Below, piece by piece: positions 12,916 through 26,603 of a stretch of DNA of 64,000 nucleotides. The notes beneath the pieces were generated by a model. The model made no database searches, had not been told where the DNA came from, and was given only the letters and a program-made list of their open reading frames with translations. The translations under genes and the position numbers were made by a program. Numbering within the stretch: the stretch's first letter is position 1; each line of letters starts with the position of its first letter. The DNA comes from Camelus ferus (Eukaryota), in assembly GCF_009834535.1 (NCBI RefSeq), contig NC_045697.1, positions 21,330,001 through 21,394,000 on the forward strand. The letters are read 5' to 3'.

Positions 12916-13799
12916 AATATCCCATTTTCTGGAGGGAAACTTAATGAGGTTAAGTGGCTCTGATTTTACTGGAGACCAAACGTTCATTGAGGAGTGAACT
13001 CTTGTCTTCAAGATCACTATAAATCTCTGGGTTCCGCACAGATGCTCTGCGGGATCCTAGTCCCTCTGGCTATAGGTCCATGGTCCCTGTCTCCACTGAG
13101 TTCTCCACTCATCTTAAGGCAAGAGGCAGGGATCAGGGAAACATTCAGGTGCTCGTCCCACTGTGCTGGGTCTCTGGAAAGCATAAAGATCTGTGACAGG
13201 CCCACTCTGGTGACACTGCCACTGCTGGACAACTTCTGTCTCTCTGTGGTAGCACAGGGACCCTCGTGAACAATTCCACTATGGGTGCTTGCCCTTGGTC
13301 TCTCCTCTTTCCTACATAACGTTAAAATCTTATAAAACACTAAAACTTCTCACGTAAAATTTTGCAAAAGGAAATTCTGATAACTGGTGTCAAATTTATT
13401 CCTCAACTTTGTATTTTTTGAAATATTGATATGATAGAACATGGCATTAATTTGTTTAACAACTTTTGGAATTAAGATTCAGACAATATTTGAAGGAGGT
13501 GGGTTTTTTTTTCTGATTTTTGTTCCATAATAGCAGAAATAACATAGGAACTACATTAGCTATAAAAGTTTGTTAAACTTCTAATATAAAAAAACTGGGT
13601 ATAATTTTTTTGTAAGTGTTCATCTCTGAGTGAATGTTTCGTTAATGTTTTGTTAATGTTTCGTAACTCTCCTTAAGTAAATTTTGGCATCAGAAATTTC
13701 TCAAAGCATATAATCTGAACAGTCTCTTAAATATGTTTTAGCATAGAAGGAAAGAAACTCATTACTATTCTTTTGTAAAGGTTTTTGTAATATTTTGTA

Positions 13800-15300
13800 A
13801 TCTATTTCATGGCAATTTTCAGCCATTTTTCTTTAATATGAACTTTAAACTCACTAGTTATAAAAGCAAACCATCTATCACTTGATGTCTGATTCAAATC
13901 TTATTACATTCATACTTAAATTAAGAAATGACATTTTTATGACTTTGAGTTGTCTCTAAAATATAATTATCTTTACATTAACCCAATATTATTTTATTAT
14001 GATATTTCATAAAATTTTATATCTTTCAATAAAAAAGTACAATTTTCTTCACATGGATCTTGTTACTTTTTGATATATTTATTCCAAAGTATATTTATTT
14101 TTCTAATTTCATTTTAATTAGATATGTTAATTATTAAATATTTTATAAATTTCAGTCCTTTCACGTTGAATCTCTCACATTTAAGGATTATAATTTATAC
14201 AATTTTCAAATAAAGTTAATCTCTCTTCTCAAATATATGTGTATATCTTTGTATGTAATGTATATATTACAAAGTGTTACATTTTATTATGATATCTAAA
14301 ATATACAAAAATGCTGAATATTTTGTTATGTGAGACATAATGAATTCTTTATGGAAACAATATTTCATATATTTAAGTTTTTATTTACTGCTTATTGGAA
14401 CTATTGGTAAATAGAAGTCATTATGTTAAAGTCATTTTCTCATTTTAAATTATTTTTCAAAGAATTACTGATAATTTGTATCAAAGTGCTTCATAAATAT
14501 TTTTTTATCAAATTTTGATACAATTAAGTGTAGTATTTATCATCATCTTTCTTTATGACTTTTGAAATTAAGATTCATGTGGTAATTGAGTGAGAATTTT
14601 TAGTCTTTTTCTATAATCTGTCATTGCAGAAATAATGTAGAAATCATATAGCATGTAAAGTTTTATTAAATTTTAGATGTAAAAACAAACAGAATGTAAT
14701 ATATTTTTTATTTAAATATTCTCTGAGTGACTCTTCTGTTGAGATTTTTGACTCTCTTCAGGTAAATTTTGGCACTAGAATTTTCTGAGAAATTTAGTCA
14801 TTAAATTTTCAATATCATAAAGTTAATTTGGAAATACATCTTTTAATCTTGTTTTAACTTTTGCATATTTTTTGTTTTCCACTTCCTCTTTCCCAATGTT
14901 GCATAATTGTTTTCTAATTTTAATTTTCTTTATCCAATTTTCAATTTTTATTTCTTTAATACTGTCATAAAATAATCTGTTTTTGTGTTATTCAACTTCT
15001 CTAAATTTTTCACTTATATATACTTATGTTTATATAAATAAAATATTTATTTTTATTAAATATAAACAAATTTATTAACTTCAATTTCAATTTTTTTTTT
15101 TTACTTCTCACTTTATCACATTGTTTTATAGTGTTGTGATTCTATGGTTGATTATTATTATATCAAAGTATAAATTATTCCTATTTTTAAAAATCTTTAG
15201 ACTTCAAAGATTATCCTTAAGATACATTTTTAGGTATACTACATTAAGTGTGTTATGAAGTAAGTCCTGTCATTAATTTTGTTTTGTTAATAAAAGTGTA
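13800..15300 (-). repeat. Very AT-rich low-complexity tract, probably heavily eroded antisense L1
   Basis: Strong T bias and near absence of G/C-rich words; only faint L1-like motifs. Confidence 0.4.
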
Positions 15301-15669
15301 TTTTGCTTTATCAAAGTATACATCAATAAGAAAAAGAAAATCATTGTATCAACCAGATCTGGTTAGATAATCCATGCTTACTTACTTCAAAGTCAAGCTA
15401 GCTGTAGGCTATGTAAAGATATTAAGACTGTGCTGACTTTTGAAGCTTGCCTACTTTTACTGTAGTCTTTACCTTTATTAAAACTCCCAGTGATGTTGAA
15501 GATACTGAACATAGTTCTATGTCTATAGAAATATACAACCTATTGACTTCTGACAAAGCCATTCTACCTGGAGATACCCATCTGTACTTAGATCCTAAAC
15601 ATCTATGCCCAAGTAGCAAAAGATAAATCAAACGCAAAAATAATACACAGCACAACTGGAAGAATCCAT

Positions 15670-16830
15670 TTCCTAGTAGGACATAGTAGGTAGCAGCACC
15701 TCGTCGCTTCTGCTACCACCACCACAGATAAAGGAACACATTTTAAAATCACGTATGAAAACCATCGGAAATTGGCAGAAATCAAGATAGTTTCTGTTCA
15801 GAAAAAGAAGAGCCTCCTTTAGCTTAAGTTGAGCGTTGTTTCTTTTATGGCTCTTTGCCAAGTCTTGTCCTGGTCTAAAAGTCACTTTTGTTATCAGCAA
15901 AAATACTTAGCTAGGGAAAAGAAGAATCAGCATAATTTTTGAAGCCCCCATGAGTTGTCATGACACAGTTATTTCCAGGGAGTTTTCTCATTTTCTGCCA
16001 ATTTGCCTTCCTTGGATGTTTGCTCACTACCTGTTAAGACAGGAGGCTATAGGACTGGGATGAAAAGGTAAAGTCTTTTACCATCTCCCAATACTTGGGA
16101 GACAAGTCATGCCTGGGAGAGGTCTCTCCCTCAGGATGTTTGTCAAATTTTGAACTTATTTGAGGTTAGACACTAAAAAGCTAAACTAAATATCTCTGAA
16201 AAGCAGAACTTTCAGAGGAGAGGAGAGAAATATCTGCCACGATCTCAAGCAAAACTGTGAACAAACTAAACCTTAGAAACGTTGCATCTGAGAAGCAGTG
16301 AGATCTGTCTTATGCTTGGGAATAAAGCCCTTAGAATAAGAGGTACTTGAAACATCTGTATATGGCATACAATCACGTACTATAAGGCATAAAACAGGTA
16401 TTAAAAGATAAATAATCTGGTCAAGAATAGGAAAACTGAAGTACACTGATAATTCAGATGTTGCAGTTAGCAGAAAAAGGACTTTTAAATGACCATAAAA
16501 ATGATAAACAAAATACAGAGACCATAACGAAATAAAAAGTAGAAATATGAAGAAATTCAATAGAGATTATAATTTGTTCATATAAGAGTGAAATAAACAT
16601 TCTAGAAGAGAGAAATTATAATTTTTGAAAATTAATAATCCCTTTTATAGATGTAATAACAGACCAGACATAGCAATGAACAGGATTTTAAACTCCAAGA
16701 CAGGTAAATTGAAATTACCCAACCAGAAGCACAGAGAGAAAGGTAATAAAAGAATGAGAGAGAGAATAAGAGCCATGTGGGACACAGTCATACCTGAAAA
16801 TGGAGTCACAGAAGACGATGGGGAAGGGAG
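15670..16830 (+). mobile_element. Old L1M 5'UTR plus ORF1 coiled-coil remnant
   Basis: 16550-16820 'aacagaccagacatagcaatgaacaggatt...gaaattacccaaccagaagcacagagagaa...gccatgtgggacac...ggagtcacagaag' is typical of L1 ORF1. Confidence 0.6.
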
Positions 16831-16844
16831 TCTGTGAAGGAAGA

Positions 16845-17200
16845 CACCTGGGAGGTTTCTTAGGAAGGGCACTGAAGATCATTACCTATGAGAGAGAGGA
16901 GTGCAGATTGGGTAGATGAGGTTAAATTGAGATTCAGTTGCAGCAAAGTCTGCAACTAATCCCCAAAGAAACATAGCCCTTTATAATTGTGCAGACTGAG
17001 GAGGCGCAGCCAGGCTCACTGAGTAGCCGTGGTATTGGCTGCACCTGGGGAGGGGGTATAACCCTGACAAACGGAGGTCTCTTTGGTGGAGGACAGCTCC
17101 CAGGAGACTAAGCTATAAATCATCCATCAGTATCCAAACACTCCCAGCAACTGGGGAAAGGAGAGTGAAGAATAAATTTGAGCATCCTCCCAGAGCATGG
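16845..17200 (-). mobile_element. LTR33-like ERVL LTR
   Basis: 'gcagattgggtagatgaggttaaattgag...gccctttataattgtg...cactcccagcaactgggga' matches antisense LTR33-type consensus as recalled. Confidence 0.65.
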
Positions 17201-18450
17201 GTTACAGACCAGTCTTTGTGAGATACGCTATCAAGTTTTATTTGCTACTGTGGCAGGGAGTAGGGGATGACACCTACAGTACCCTTCTTGCTATACTACT
17301 TTTTATACCACAGGCCAAGGAATTAATGCAAATTTTCCACCAACTATCACATATATCCATTCAAATATCCATTCAGACATGAGGGAAATTATCACTGTAA
17401 AGTAACAATTGACCCAGTGGCCCCATTGTGAGCCAGATTTGGCTAGGGCTTCATCTGCTACCTTCTCTATACATCTTTGCCACTACCCATCCACCCATGT
17501 AATATGGGAGTCAGTGGCACTTCAAGTACCTTGATATCAATAACTTAGATCCTGGGTCCTCAAAATATCTTGACATTGCTCTTTCTTCTGCATTTTATTA
17601 TGTTAATTAATAGCTGTATATTCCTTTGGAGGACCAGATAAATCATTCAGGTATACATATTTGTAGGAAATTCAGGGTCCATCCTCTTAGACACCTGGCT
17701 ATACTTTAGTCAGTGGATTCTAGCCAGTTTTCTGAAGTTTTTGTTTCCTTCTTCACAATATGTGACAGCAATTCTTGCATTTTTACTATACTCACGTATT
17801 GATAGCTTTTTCCAAATTTCAAAGAATCATCTTAGCAAGATTTTAACAAGTTCTACCAGAGTTCTTATCAAACTGTTAAATCCTACAGAAGGGAGAGTCT
17901 TTCTATGTTGCTAAACCTTTCTTTACTCAATTTTATATTTCACAGTACACCCTAAACACAGCACAATCAAAAAGTCAAGGACCATGCCTATTCTTCAACT
18001 TCTCTAGACCCTACATAAACTTTCAGATAGAGCCTAGCAGATCAATAGCTGGTTTGATTTGTGACTTGGCTCTTGTGTTGGTTTAGTTTCCAGGGTATAG
18101 ATGGGCATAGTTCCCAGTGTAGACATGTTGTCTTACAAGTAAGAGACCTCTCTGTCATCTTCAGGGAAGGGGAAAATGCTGATTTGTGAAAGAAAAAACT
18201 TAACCCACAGGGTTTATGAGAAAGTGAAATTTCAGGATATTCCAGTGTCTTGACCCAGGTGTCCTAATTCCCAGTCCCAGTGCCCACTACTTCCCCACAA
18301 GGGTCCCAGCCCAGGTATATAAGATTCACTTAGGTTTTGAATTTAAACTTTTTCTGGAGCTTGGCTGACTTCATGATGAAGTTTTACATTTTTCTGTTCA
18401 CTGACTATAGGAGATGAGAGTTTCTTTACATGATGCAAGGAGGCCTAATT
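17200..18450 (-). mobile_element. ERVL internal (gag/protease region) remnant adjacent to the LTR33-like LTR
   Basis: 'gacccagtggccccattgtgagccagatttggctagggcttcat' resembles the antisense ERVL protease region; gag-like motifs at 17600-18200. Confidence 0.5.
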
Positions 18451-18477
18451 ACTTTCACACATCACCCTAAGTTGGCC

Positions 18478-19800
18478 TTCAAGTTCTAGCCAATACAACA
18501 AGGTAAGAAAATAAAAGATATAATTTTGGTGGATCCTTTATCTCTGGCCTTTAAAAGTTTAAAAAAGTTATAACATAAGCACAAAGATATTATAAGCATC
18601 CTCAAAATACACAAAGACTAAGCAAAATATTAGGAGGAAAATAACAATGTAATAAAAAGTTAGCATATCATGACTACAGTAGGTTTATTTCAGGTTAACA
18701 TTAGAAGATCAATCAGTGTGATTCACTACATTAAAAGAATATTGAAATTTGGAAACATGGCAAGAATGTCCACTCTCACCACTGGTAGTAGGCATTGTAC
18801 TAATGGTTGGTCCTAAGCCATAATTTCAGATAGGACCACTCCCCCAACTGCACTAAAGAGATTCAGTGAGAGAAGGAAAATAATCTTTATCCACAGATTA
18901 CATAAATATGTATATATAGAATTAGAATTAATAAACATACTCAGCAAAGTCACTGATTAAGGTCAATATGCAAATATCAATTGAACCTGTAAATATTTGC
19001 AAGAAACAAAAACTAGAAATGAGGTTTATGAAATACCACTTATAATAGCATCCCAAATAACAGATAACTAAAAACGAAATCAAAGTAAAATATACAATAG
19101 CTCCACATTGAAAATACAAAGAGAAAAACTTAAATTATCTAGATTAATGGAGAGCTGTACCATGTTTATGAACAAAAAACTAAATATTCTTGAGATGTCA
19201 GTTCTCTGACTATTGTTCTATATATTTAGTATAATCCTAAAACAATCTCAGTGACATTTTTGTAGAAATTGAAAATGTGCCCCTGAAATTTTTATAATAA
19301 TTTTAAGATCCTGGATTACTCAAGAGAATCTGGGAGAAAAGAACAAACTTGGGTGCATTGAATCAATAGTTTCAAAATTTCCCACAAGTTATCTTATGAC
19401 AGCGTGTTACGGAAATAGTGATAGACGTATAGACTACTGAAATATAATAGAAAGCTGATAAATAGAAGAATACATGTGCAAACTTCATATATAGCAGATT
19501 CATCACAGCAATTCCATAGGGAAAGAATATTTAGGGTATTTTAGTTTATTTTTGTTTGTTTTCAGAAGTAAATAAATAAATTGTGCCAGATCAATTGGAT
19601 TTCTGTATAAAAAACAAATAACAACAAAAACTTGGATCTTTAGACCAAAAAAATGCAATAAATTTTAATTTATAATGCTGAGAAAAATAAAAGCTTTTTC
19701 AATTACAAAGCTTCAATAAGAAAATCTAGGAGGAAATCTTTATGGCCATGGGGTAGACGAAGATTACTTAAATAGGACTCAAAACAACTAATCACAGTAT
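18478..19800 (+). mobile_element. Old L1M ORF2 remnant
   Basis: 'aagttctagccaatacaacaagg', 'aacattagaagatcaatcagtgtgattcactacatt', 'cagcaaagtcactgattaaggtcaatatgcaaatatcaattg', 'aggaggaaatctttatggccatggggtagacgaagatt'. Confidence 0.7.
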
Positions 19801-20949
19801 AATATAAAGGTTTCAGGTTGACTGCTTTTGGGAGTAATGGGGTGAGAAATTAAACATTAGTGCTTCTTTCAAATGTTAAGTCGAATTAGAGACTTTCTTC
19901 GCAGGGCAGGGTCCCTGAGTGCTGTATTTTGAAAACAGTGGAAGAAGGGATAAATTAGCCAAACCATCTCTCCATTCCAAAGGAAAGTCACTTTATTCCT
20001 AAGGGCTGGGGGAGGGAGAAAAAATTCTCCTTGAGTAGATGTGGTGGCAGATTTCGTCTCACTCATCTCTGATACCTTTAAGATTCACATTTAACTTAAT
20101 AATACATTTAATGTTTAATATAATATCTAATCATGTAATGACAATGGGTATAGACTCTTCACTCTTTACAGTGTTTTTTCAGTCAATATGAAAGCAAGCT
20201 TAAAGACTCTTAGTTCCACCTCTTGTACCACCTCTTTCAGACGTATTTTATGGCCCATAAGCATTGGATGTAGTCATTCTAGATTTCTTATAATCTCCTC
20301 TTCTACCTCTATATTATCTAAGAGCCAAGACCATCTCTTCCTCATCTTTCAATCTCCTTATCACCAAACAGAATGACTGGCAAATCACAGTGATGAATAA
20401 TGTTGAAAAAATTTACATAAAAAAATATGAGAGGTAAAATTTGGAATGTGACTTACAGTGCTATTAAAATGAGGAAAGCTTTATGGAATTTGTTTCTTAC
20501 CTATGTTAGTGGACATTAGGTAATATGCTATACAAAATGCTGGAAAGTTCTATTCTAGTTCATAGAATACTGCTTCTGTACCAACAAACAGAAGACGATT
20601 AAAATTATTAGCAATATGAAAATCAGTCAACTTTGTTAATTCTTCTATTGAAGATTGCTCAAAAAATATTACTACTTTTCTCAGAAAAACCAAGTACTCA
20701 AAATATGTTAAAACGTTAATTTTAAAAAATTGACTACAGGTTAGAATTAATTTGAAATATAAAAATAAAACTCTTCAAACAATTTTTGTAAAAAGTATGT
20801 GTTCATGAGTTTAGGATAACCAAAAGTACAAACTCAATAAAATGTACATAGTAGATTGTGGAAAATGGAGTTTTTATCTTGTAAAAATTCTTGCATATTA
20901 TATAAAGAGCTTACAGAATAGACTCATTTAAATCTATATTACTCATTTT

Positions 20950-21140
20950 AAAAATTTTTTATGGAGCAAAATTTGCTTTTCTGAGGCGTACAGTGTTGAG
21001 ACTTAGGGAAATGCATAGAATCAGACAGTCATCACCACAGGCAGGATACAGGGTGATACCTTCACTCAAAGATTGCCCTCATGCTGCTTTGTAGTCAAAG
21101 CTTTCCAACACTCCTTATTCCTGGCAACCACTGACCTCGC
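20950..21140 (-). mobile_element. L1MB/MC-like 3' end fragment
   Basis: 'caggatacagggtgataccttcactcaaagattgccctcatgctgctttgtagtc...cctggcaaccactga'. Confidence 0.6.
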
Positions 21141-22454
21141 CTCTATTGAAGATACGCCAGCACATGCACTAGTTTCATTATATGCATACGTTTCATAAAG
21201 TTAAATATGTATTACAACACAGTATTTTCAAAAGAAAATATATGGCTATTTGGTAGCTATTAAAGAATCAAGGAAAAGATGGATAAGTGAAAAATATTGC
21301 AACATAAATTTGTGATTTCACATGCTTTTATTCTTCCCTATACCTCATTGTCTCTATCTCTATACATACATTTCTAATAAAATTATCACTGCAAAATTAC
21401 TCTAATAATGTCTGCACATATGCAGAATATACCCCTACAGATAACTAGTTGAAAACAGTTACTGAGTCAGATAGTTACCATCTCCGAAGCATTAATTTTC
21501 AGAGAAATATAGTATAAAACAGCATTTAGGTTTGTTATTTCACTTAATGTTAGACACAACAGGAAGTAACTTTTCACAAGAAGTTTAATATGACCCCAAC
21601 TAGACTGAAAAGTACATGATAATTATCAAATTATCAAATTTTATCTTTTATTTACCTGGTTTTAAACCATCCAAATTTGGTACTTCATTTATTAATAGAC
21701 TTAATGTAGTTTGTTGACCACCTTTCATTCTATACGTAATCTCGTACTTAGCTTCCCCAGTGAATCAGCTCCCACATTTTGCGCATTCATCCCTTTGCTG
21801 CTTCTAAACAATAGTCTCCCTTCACAGAATCTCACTAATTGATGACTGGAAACTTGTGCTTCAGTTTAACTGAGAAAATGCCCTTCATCATTGTCTGTAT
21901 TTATTAAGGATATCGGGAGTTGCATAAACATGAGAAAGGGAAAAGTAACCTTTCATTTGCAGTTTTTGGTATTAACCATATTGAGGGTGGGTTTTGCTTT
22001 TTTTTTTTTTTTTTTTTTTTTTTGCCATCAGCTGATTTTGCAGCTTCCACCGAGCACCATTTGCAGACGGTGATGCTAATGCTAAAATAAAGATGTTCTG
22101 GGTTTGATGAACTATTAGGTGACCAAGATTTGTAAAACACAGGGAAACCCATATTATTTTCAGTTGCATTCCGACTGTATGCACACATTCCTTTTCAGTG
22201 TTTGCCAAGCGAGAAACCAAAGTACTAATGGTAGGGAAACATTGTTTTGGAATTTCTATTACCAAATTACTGTTTTTATCTAAGGAGAATACCTGTTTTG
22301 CTTGATAAGTAAGATTTGCTCTCCACATCTGCATAAGAAAATACTTATGTGCTCGCAGACAATATTGAAATTGCCTTTCAGTATCTTCTAAAGGTCATCT
22401 CCAATACTGAAAGGCTTTCTCATATTTACTGTGAGATTCTTAAGCAAAATGGTA

Positions 22455-22595
22455 TTAAATTATAAACCTCATGAGAACAAGGGTTGAGTGTATCATGTTT
22501 ACGACTGTTTTCAAGTACCTGGCACGGTGCCTGGTACAGAAATATTCAATAAATATTTACTAAGAGAATAAAGGAATACATGAATGAATGAATAA
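22455..22595 (+). mobile_element. L2 LINE 3' end
   Basis: 'acctggcacggtgcctggtacagaaatattcaataaatattt...tgaatgaatgaat'. Confidence 0.75.
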
Positions 22596-23459
22596 AGACA
22601 GTAAAACATCTGACTTAAACCTGAGATTTTTTTACATTTGATTTTAATTTCAATTATATGGTGTAAACTGAAGAAAATTTGTCTTCTTCTGAAATTAATG
22701 GAAAAGCATATTATGTTAATAAGCCCCAATGCACACTTAAAATTGTTATTCCTGGTCTTACAACATTTTATAAAAGATAAAAACTGAAAGTGGAGAATAT
22801 TATATTTATTGAAATAAGAAAAGGAACTAATTCTCTATTTTCATCGGAGGAGAATTCTGTAAATGGCCACCTGAGCAGAAGAAGCCTGGCTAAAAGAGTG
22901 TTATTGTTTTTTCCCAGAAATGAAAAATATCCCCAGACAGCTATTTTATTTAAATATCAGCACAGATCTCAAGGGAAACATATGGAAGGAAAATGTGAAG
23001 TATCTGGAGCTCACAGGACAACAGGGCTACACAAATCTTAACAGTATGTTAGCGACCAATCTCATTGGAGAGCAATTTCAGTTATTTACTATCATCTATA
23101 AAACCCTAAATAGTTACCTCAATGCTCACCTCTTCTCCTGAGGACCATCTTGGCTATTGTAGTGAATTAGAGAGCATTCTTTACAGCTCAAATTCAATTT
23201 TTTTCCATTATGTAGAGAGAACTTCAGAAGAGAGATGAGTCCATTCCGAATGTATATTTACCTACACTTACAAGCAAATTTCTTATTTGAAAATGGGTAC
23301 ACAAGTGGTATTTTGATGTGTGTATTTAACCTGTTCACAAGATATTTTAAATATCATAGTCATAATTTTGAAATGTTCACTGTGCAGTCATTTTAACTAA
23401 TCCCCATCATCTTGATAAAGTTTTCTCAGTATATAGTTTGATCCTATAGCATATACAAT

Positions 23460-23700
23460 GGTATTTATACCATCAGTCCTCCCTTCTCTGTCAGGTGGGC
23501 TTGAAATGAATTCCACTGGCTTCCCTGGTTTTCTGGTCTGCAGACAGCAGGTTGTGGGGCTTCTCAGGAATCATCGTCATGTAAGCCCAATGTTGTAATA
23601 AATTTCCCCTTATCTATCTAAATCTATGTATCTATATCTATATCTATATCTATACAATCTATCCTATTGCTTCTATTTCTCTGGAGAACCCTGATGAATG
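23460..23700 (+). mobile_element. MLT2-like ERVL LTR, 3' half
   Basis: 'ctgcagacagcaggttgtggggcttctcag...aataaatttcccct(tatcta)n...tcctattgcttctatttctctggagaaccctga'. Confidence 0.8.
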
Positions 23701-24099
23701 GCGTATTAACTATAGAATTTTGAGCATGTGTTAAGAGATTTGATGGGAGGTTCAAGGATGCATAGGTTGCTCTGGATTGAGTACTGTTAGAAATCACAGA
23801 CAACTTGAAGATTTAGTATTTCGGTCTTTTTTCATTGGCTTTTTTTTTCTTGAATGTCAGAGGAACAGTGCATGCTGGGATTATCATTGGAAAAGGAGCT
23901 ATGAAGAGAAAATCATGTTTGGTCATATTTTTGTGCTTGCAGAGTATATTTACTTTTGTCGCTCTTTAGGTATGTTTTGTAGTGGTCTTATTTATCTCTT
24001 GTTCTGTTATGGTCAGAGAGGGTCCTTGTCTGACGTTGACATTACAAAAAAAATGTTCAGTAAGAGAACAGTTGTGGCTAGCTTGGTAGAAAGCAAGTA

Positions 24100-26230
24100 C
24101 CAGCTGCTAAGGACGTGTGTGCTCTTTCTCAAACCAACGCGATTAGATGGGTAAATTCTGCCAGAGGGCCACTTGAGACACAGTCTTTATGACCTTTTTG
24201 TGAACAGCCCCAAAATATCAAGCAGCGTCATCCCAACTGGTTGTGGCCATCTTGACCATGGCTCCTTAAGTTGGCTTTTGCTGGTTCCTGCTCTTGTGCT
24301 TCACCCCGCCCCATTTCTTTGGGATTATGCTTCCTCAGAACCTCCCTCCGACTCTGCTTTCTGATGAACCTGAGTATGACAGTGGCCACCTGGAGGGATC
24401 CTAAATAGCAGACATCCAGGATGGGTTTTTGGACCTACATCACTCCTCACTCTGTTAACCAGAAGGACCAACTTACTGATAGTAATTAGAGTTCCTGTTT
24501 CTCCTGCATGTAATACATCATAAATGCTATGGGTCCCACCTGTGCTTAACTGGTATGAGAAACAGTGGATCACAAAGCAGCAGGATATGCTTTGACTCTG
24601 CCGCTTGAACAGTATGGGGGTAATAAAATAGTTACAACAATTGTTGAATGGCTGGACTTTTCGATAACTGCATTTGAAGTTTTGTAAAAAGAAAATTATG
24701 GTCCCAAGGAAAACATCTATTAGCTTAGGGCAAGCTGTGAAAGCTGCAGGGCCTTTATAGCAGCTTGTAAGGAGGCTCACCTCTCCTACAGACACTGTGA
24801 ATCAAGCTTAAGACCTTGAGCAACAATCGCAACACTTTGATGCACACTCCTATGTCCATCTTTGGTAAATTTCCTATGTCAAAGGGTAGGAAAAGCCTGG
24901 GAGGGTGAGATCTCGGCTGGGGGCATCTATATAAGTGAGCCTAAGAATTCTGAACTCTCATCTGCACCTGAATCCTCTAGAGTGGGAAAAGTAATTCTTC
25001 CCCTCTTTTCTGAAGAAAGCAGCACATCTTTTCCTTGGGATTGTACAAAGAGCTTACACAGAGAAAGTGCCTTTGTGGATTTTTCTTGAGAATTCAGAAT
25101 AGTGACTTGCAATCTTCATTGCCTCTGGGTTAAAAGTAAGGGCTGGATCTTATTATAACCCAGGTTACAAAGTACAGCCCTTGCTCTGGCAAGAAGTAAC
25201 CTATGCACTGAAAAAAAAACACATGAGCTAGCTAATGTAGTGTGCTGATAGGCAGATGTTAGCAAGGACTAAGTAGGTAAGTACATTTGGAGTAGTTAAT
25301 GGCATTGTTGTGTCAGTGTGAGGATAGAAAAGATATAAGAATGGTTAGCAAAACATTTATGGGCAGGGGACACTAAATTATATCTCCAGGTATAAGGATT
25401 TTCAAGGACACTTGTAGACAGCATTAATATTTTCCTGAGATGATTCCTCAAAGTTTGGTATAGAATTAGACATGGCAAATGAGGTAGAGATTCCAGAACT
25501 TCCTTTTGCATGGCATCCAGGTTAAGCAGACAAAGGCTTTAGAATGGGATTATTTTGTATGTTTTGAAAACTCATATGAGAATGCATTTCCTCTAATGCA
25601 GCTATATAAAGGAGAGCCTAGAAGATGTCATTTTCACACAGGAAAAAGAAATACGTTAGACACAGGGAGTGAGGGAAGAGGGTGGGGCTCATTGGCAATT
25701 TTGAGAAGCCGGAGGTCATTGCCCTCCTAGACTAGAGTTATTGTTAGATGATGAGTGAATGGTATTGGACACTCTGGGTTTCTGGAATGGCAGGAACAAT
25801 AACATTACTTGTGAAATAGATGCAATATCTAAATAAATATGATGGTGCTTTGTCCCACAAAGATGTATAATGGTGGCTAATAAATTTTAGCAGCCTTGGG
25901 GTAAAATAGACAAATGGTCAAATATAGTATTGATCAACGTGATCAATATTAATCAAATACGGTATTAAATAATTTTTTAATTGAGACCTGCAAGCAGAAA
26001 TCTAATGTTAGCCTCTGAAGTGGAAAATAACAATCCTTTAGCTAGCTCTATTTCTAAGTCAGTTCATAGATTAACAGCTTAATAGAAGACGAACAGGGAC
26101 AGTTTCCACTGAAGAAGAGCCTGGAATGCTACCTTAAATACATGTGTCTTTCCCAGTTTGGAAACAAAATAGCAGCAAAGAGCATCTGTGGATATTTCTC
26201 TGGTAACTGCACACGTTAAAGAGGAAAAGA
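24100..26230 (+). mobile_element. Decayed ERVL provirus: 5' LTR (to ~24381), leader and gag remnant
   Basis: LTR end 'ctctgctttctgatgaacctgagtatgaca' is followed by the leader-like 'gtggccacctggagggatcctaaatagcagacatccaggatggg'. Gag-like motifs run to ~26230; there is no intact ORF. Confidence 0.65.
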
Positions 26231-26316
26231 CGTTTATGTCATTCAAAATAGTTGATAAAATAACATATAGATGGAACAACAAACTTTAAATCCACCCATT
26301 TTTTGGTAAAACAGTT

Positions 26317-26371
<55 letters not shown>
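26317..26371. repeat. Compound (TA)n(TG)n microsatellite
   Basis: Perfect TA run 26317-26334 followed by perfect TG run 26335-26370. Confidence 0.95.
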
Positions 26372-26373
<2 letters not shown>

Positions 26374-26537
26374 TACTACGAGGAAAGAAAGCTAATGTAT
26401 ATTCTCTTTTTGAGATTCTTTTGTGTTAGACACAGAAACAAGTGCAATCGGCGCTTGGGAGCTTCGGTTCATGTATAATTCACTCACCTTCATACTAATT
26501 TAAAGAGACAGTCATTGTTTTTACCTTTGTCCACCTT

Positions 26538-26603
26538 AATACCTTTGACATCTTTACATTCTTTCAAATGAATACTTTTGACATCTTTATATTCTTTCAA
26601 ATG
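26538..26603. repeat. 33-bp tandem duplication
   Basis: aatacctttgacatctttacattctttcaaatg / aatacttttgacatctttatattctttcaaatg (2 mismatches). Confidence 0.9.

Noticed and set aside
21891..22334. Overlapping ORFs with poly-Lys/poly-Phe
   Set aside because: Artefacts of the T26 homopolymer.
24155..24400. CTCF-like motifs (tgccagagggcc; ggccacctggaggg)
   Set aside because: Several mismatches at core positions; cannot be supported without PWM scoring or ChIP data.
24325..24795. Longest ORF (156 aa, minus strand)
   Set aside because: It lies antisense within a decayed ERVL leader/gag region and has no recognisable domain.
25928..25948. Hairpin tattgatca-acg-tgatcaata
   Set aside because: Short AT-rich 9-bp stem inside decayed ERVL sequence; no evidence of function.
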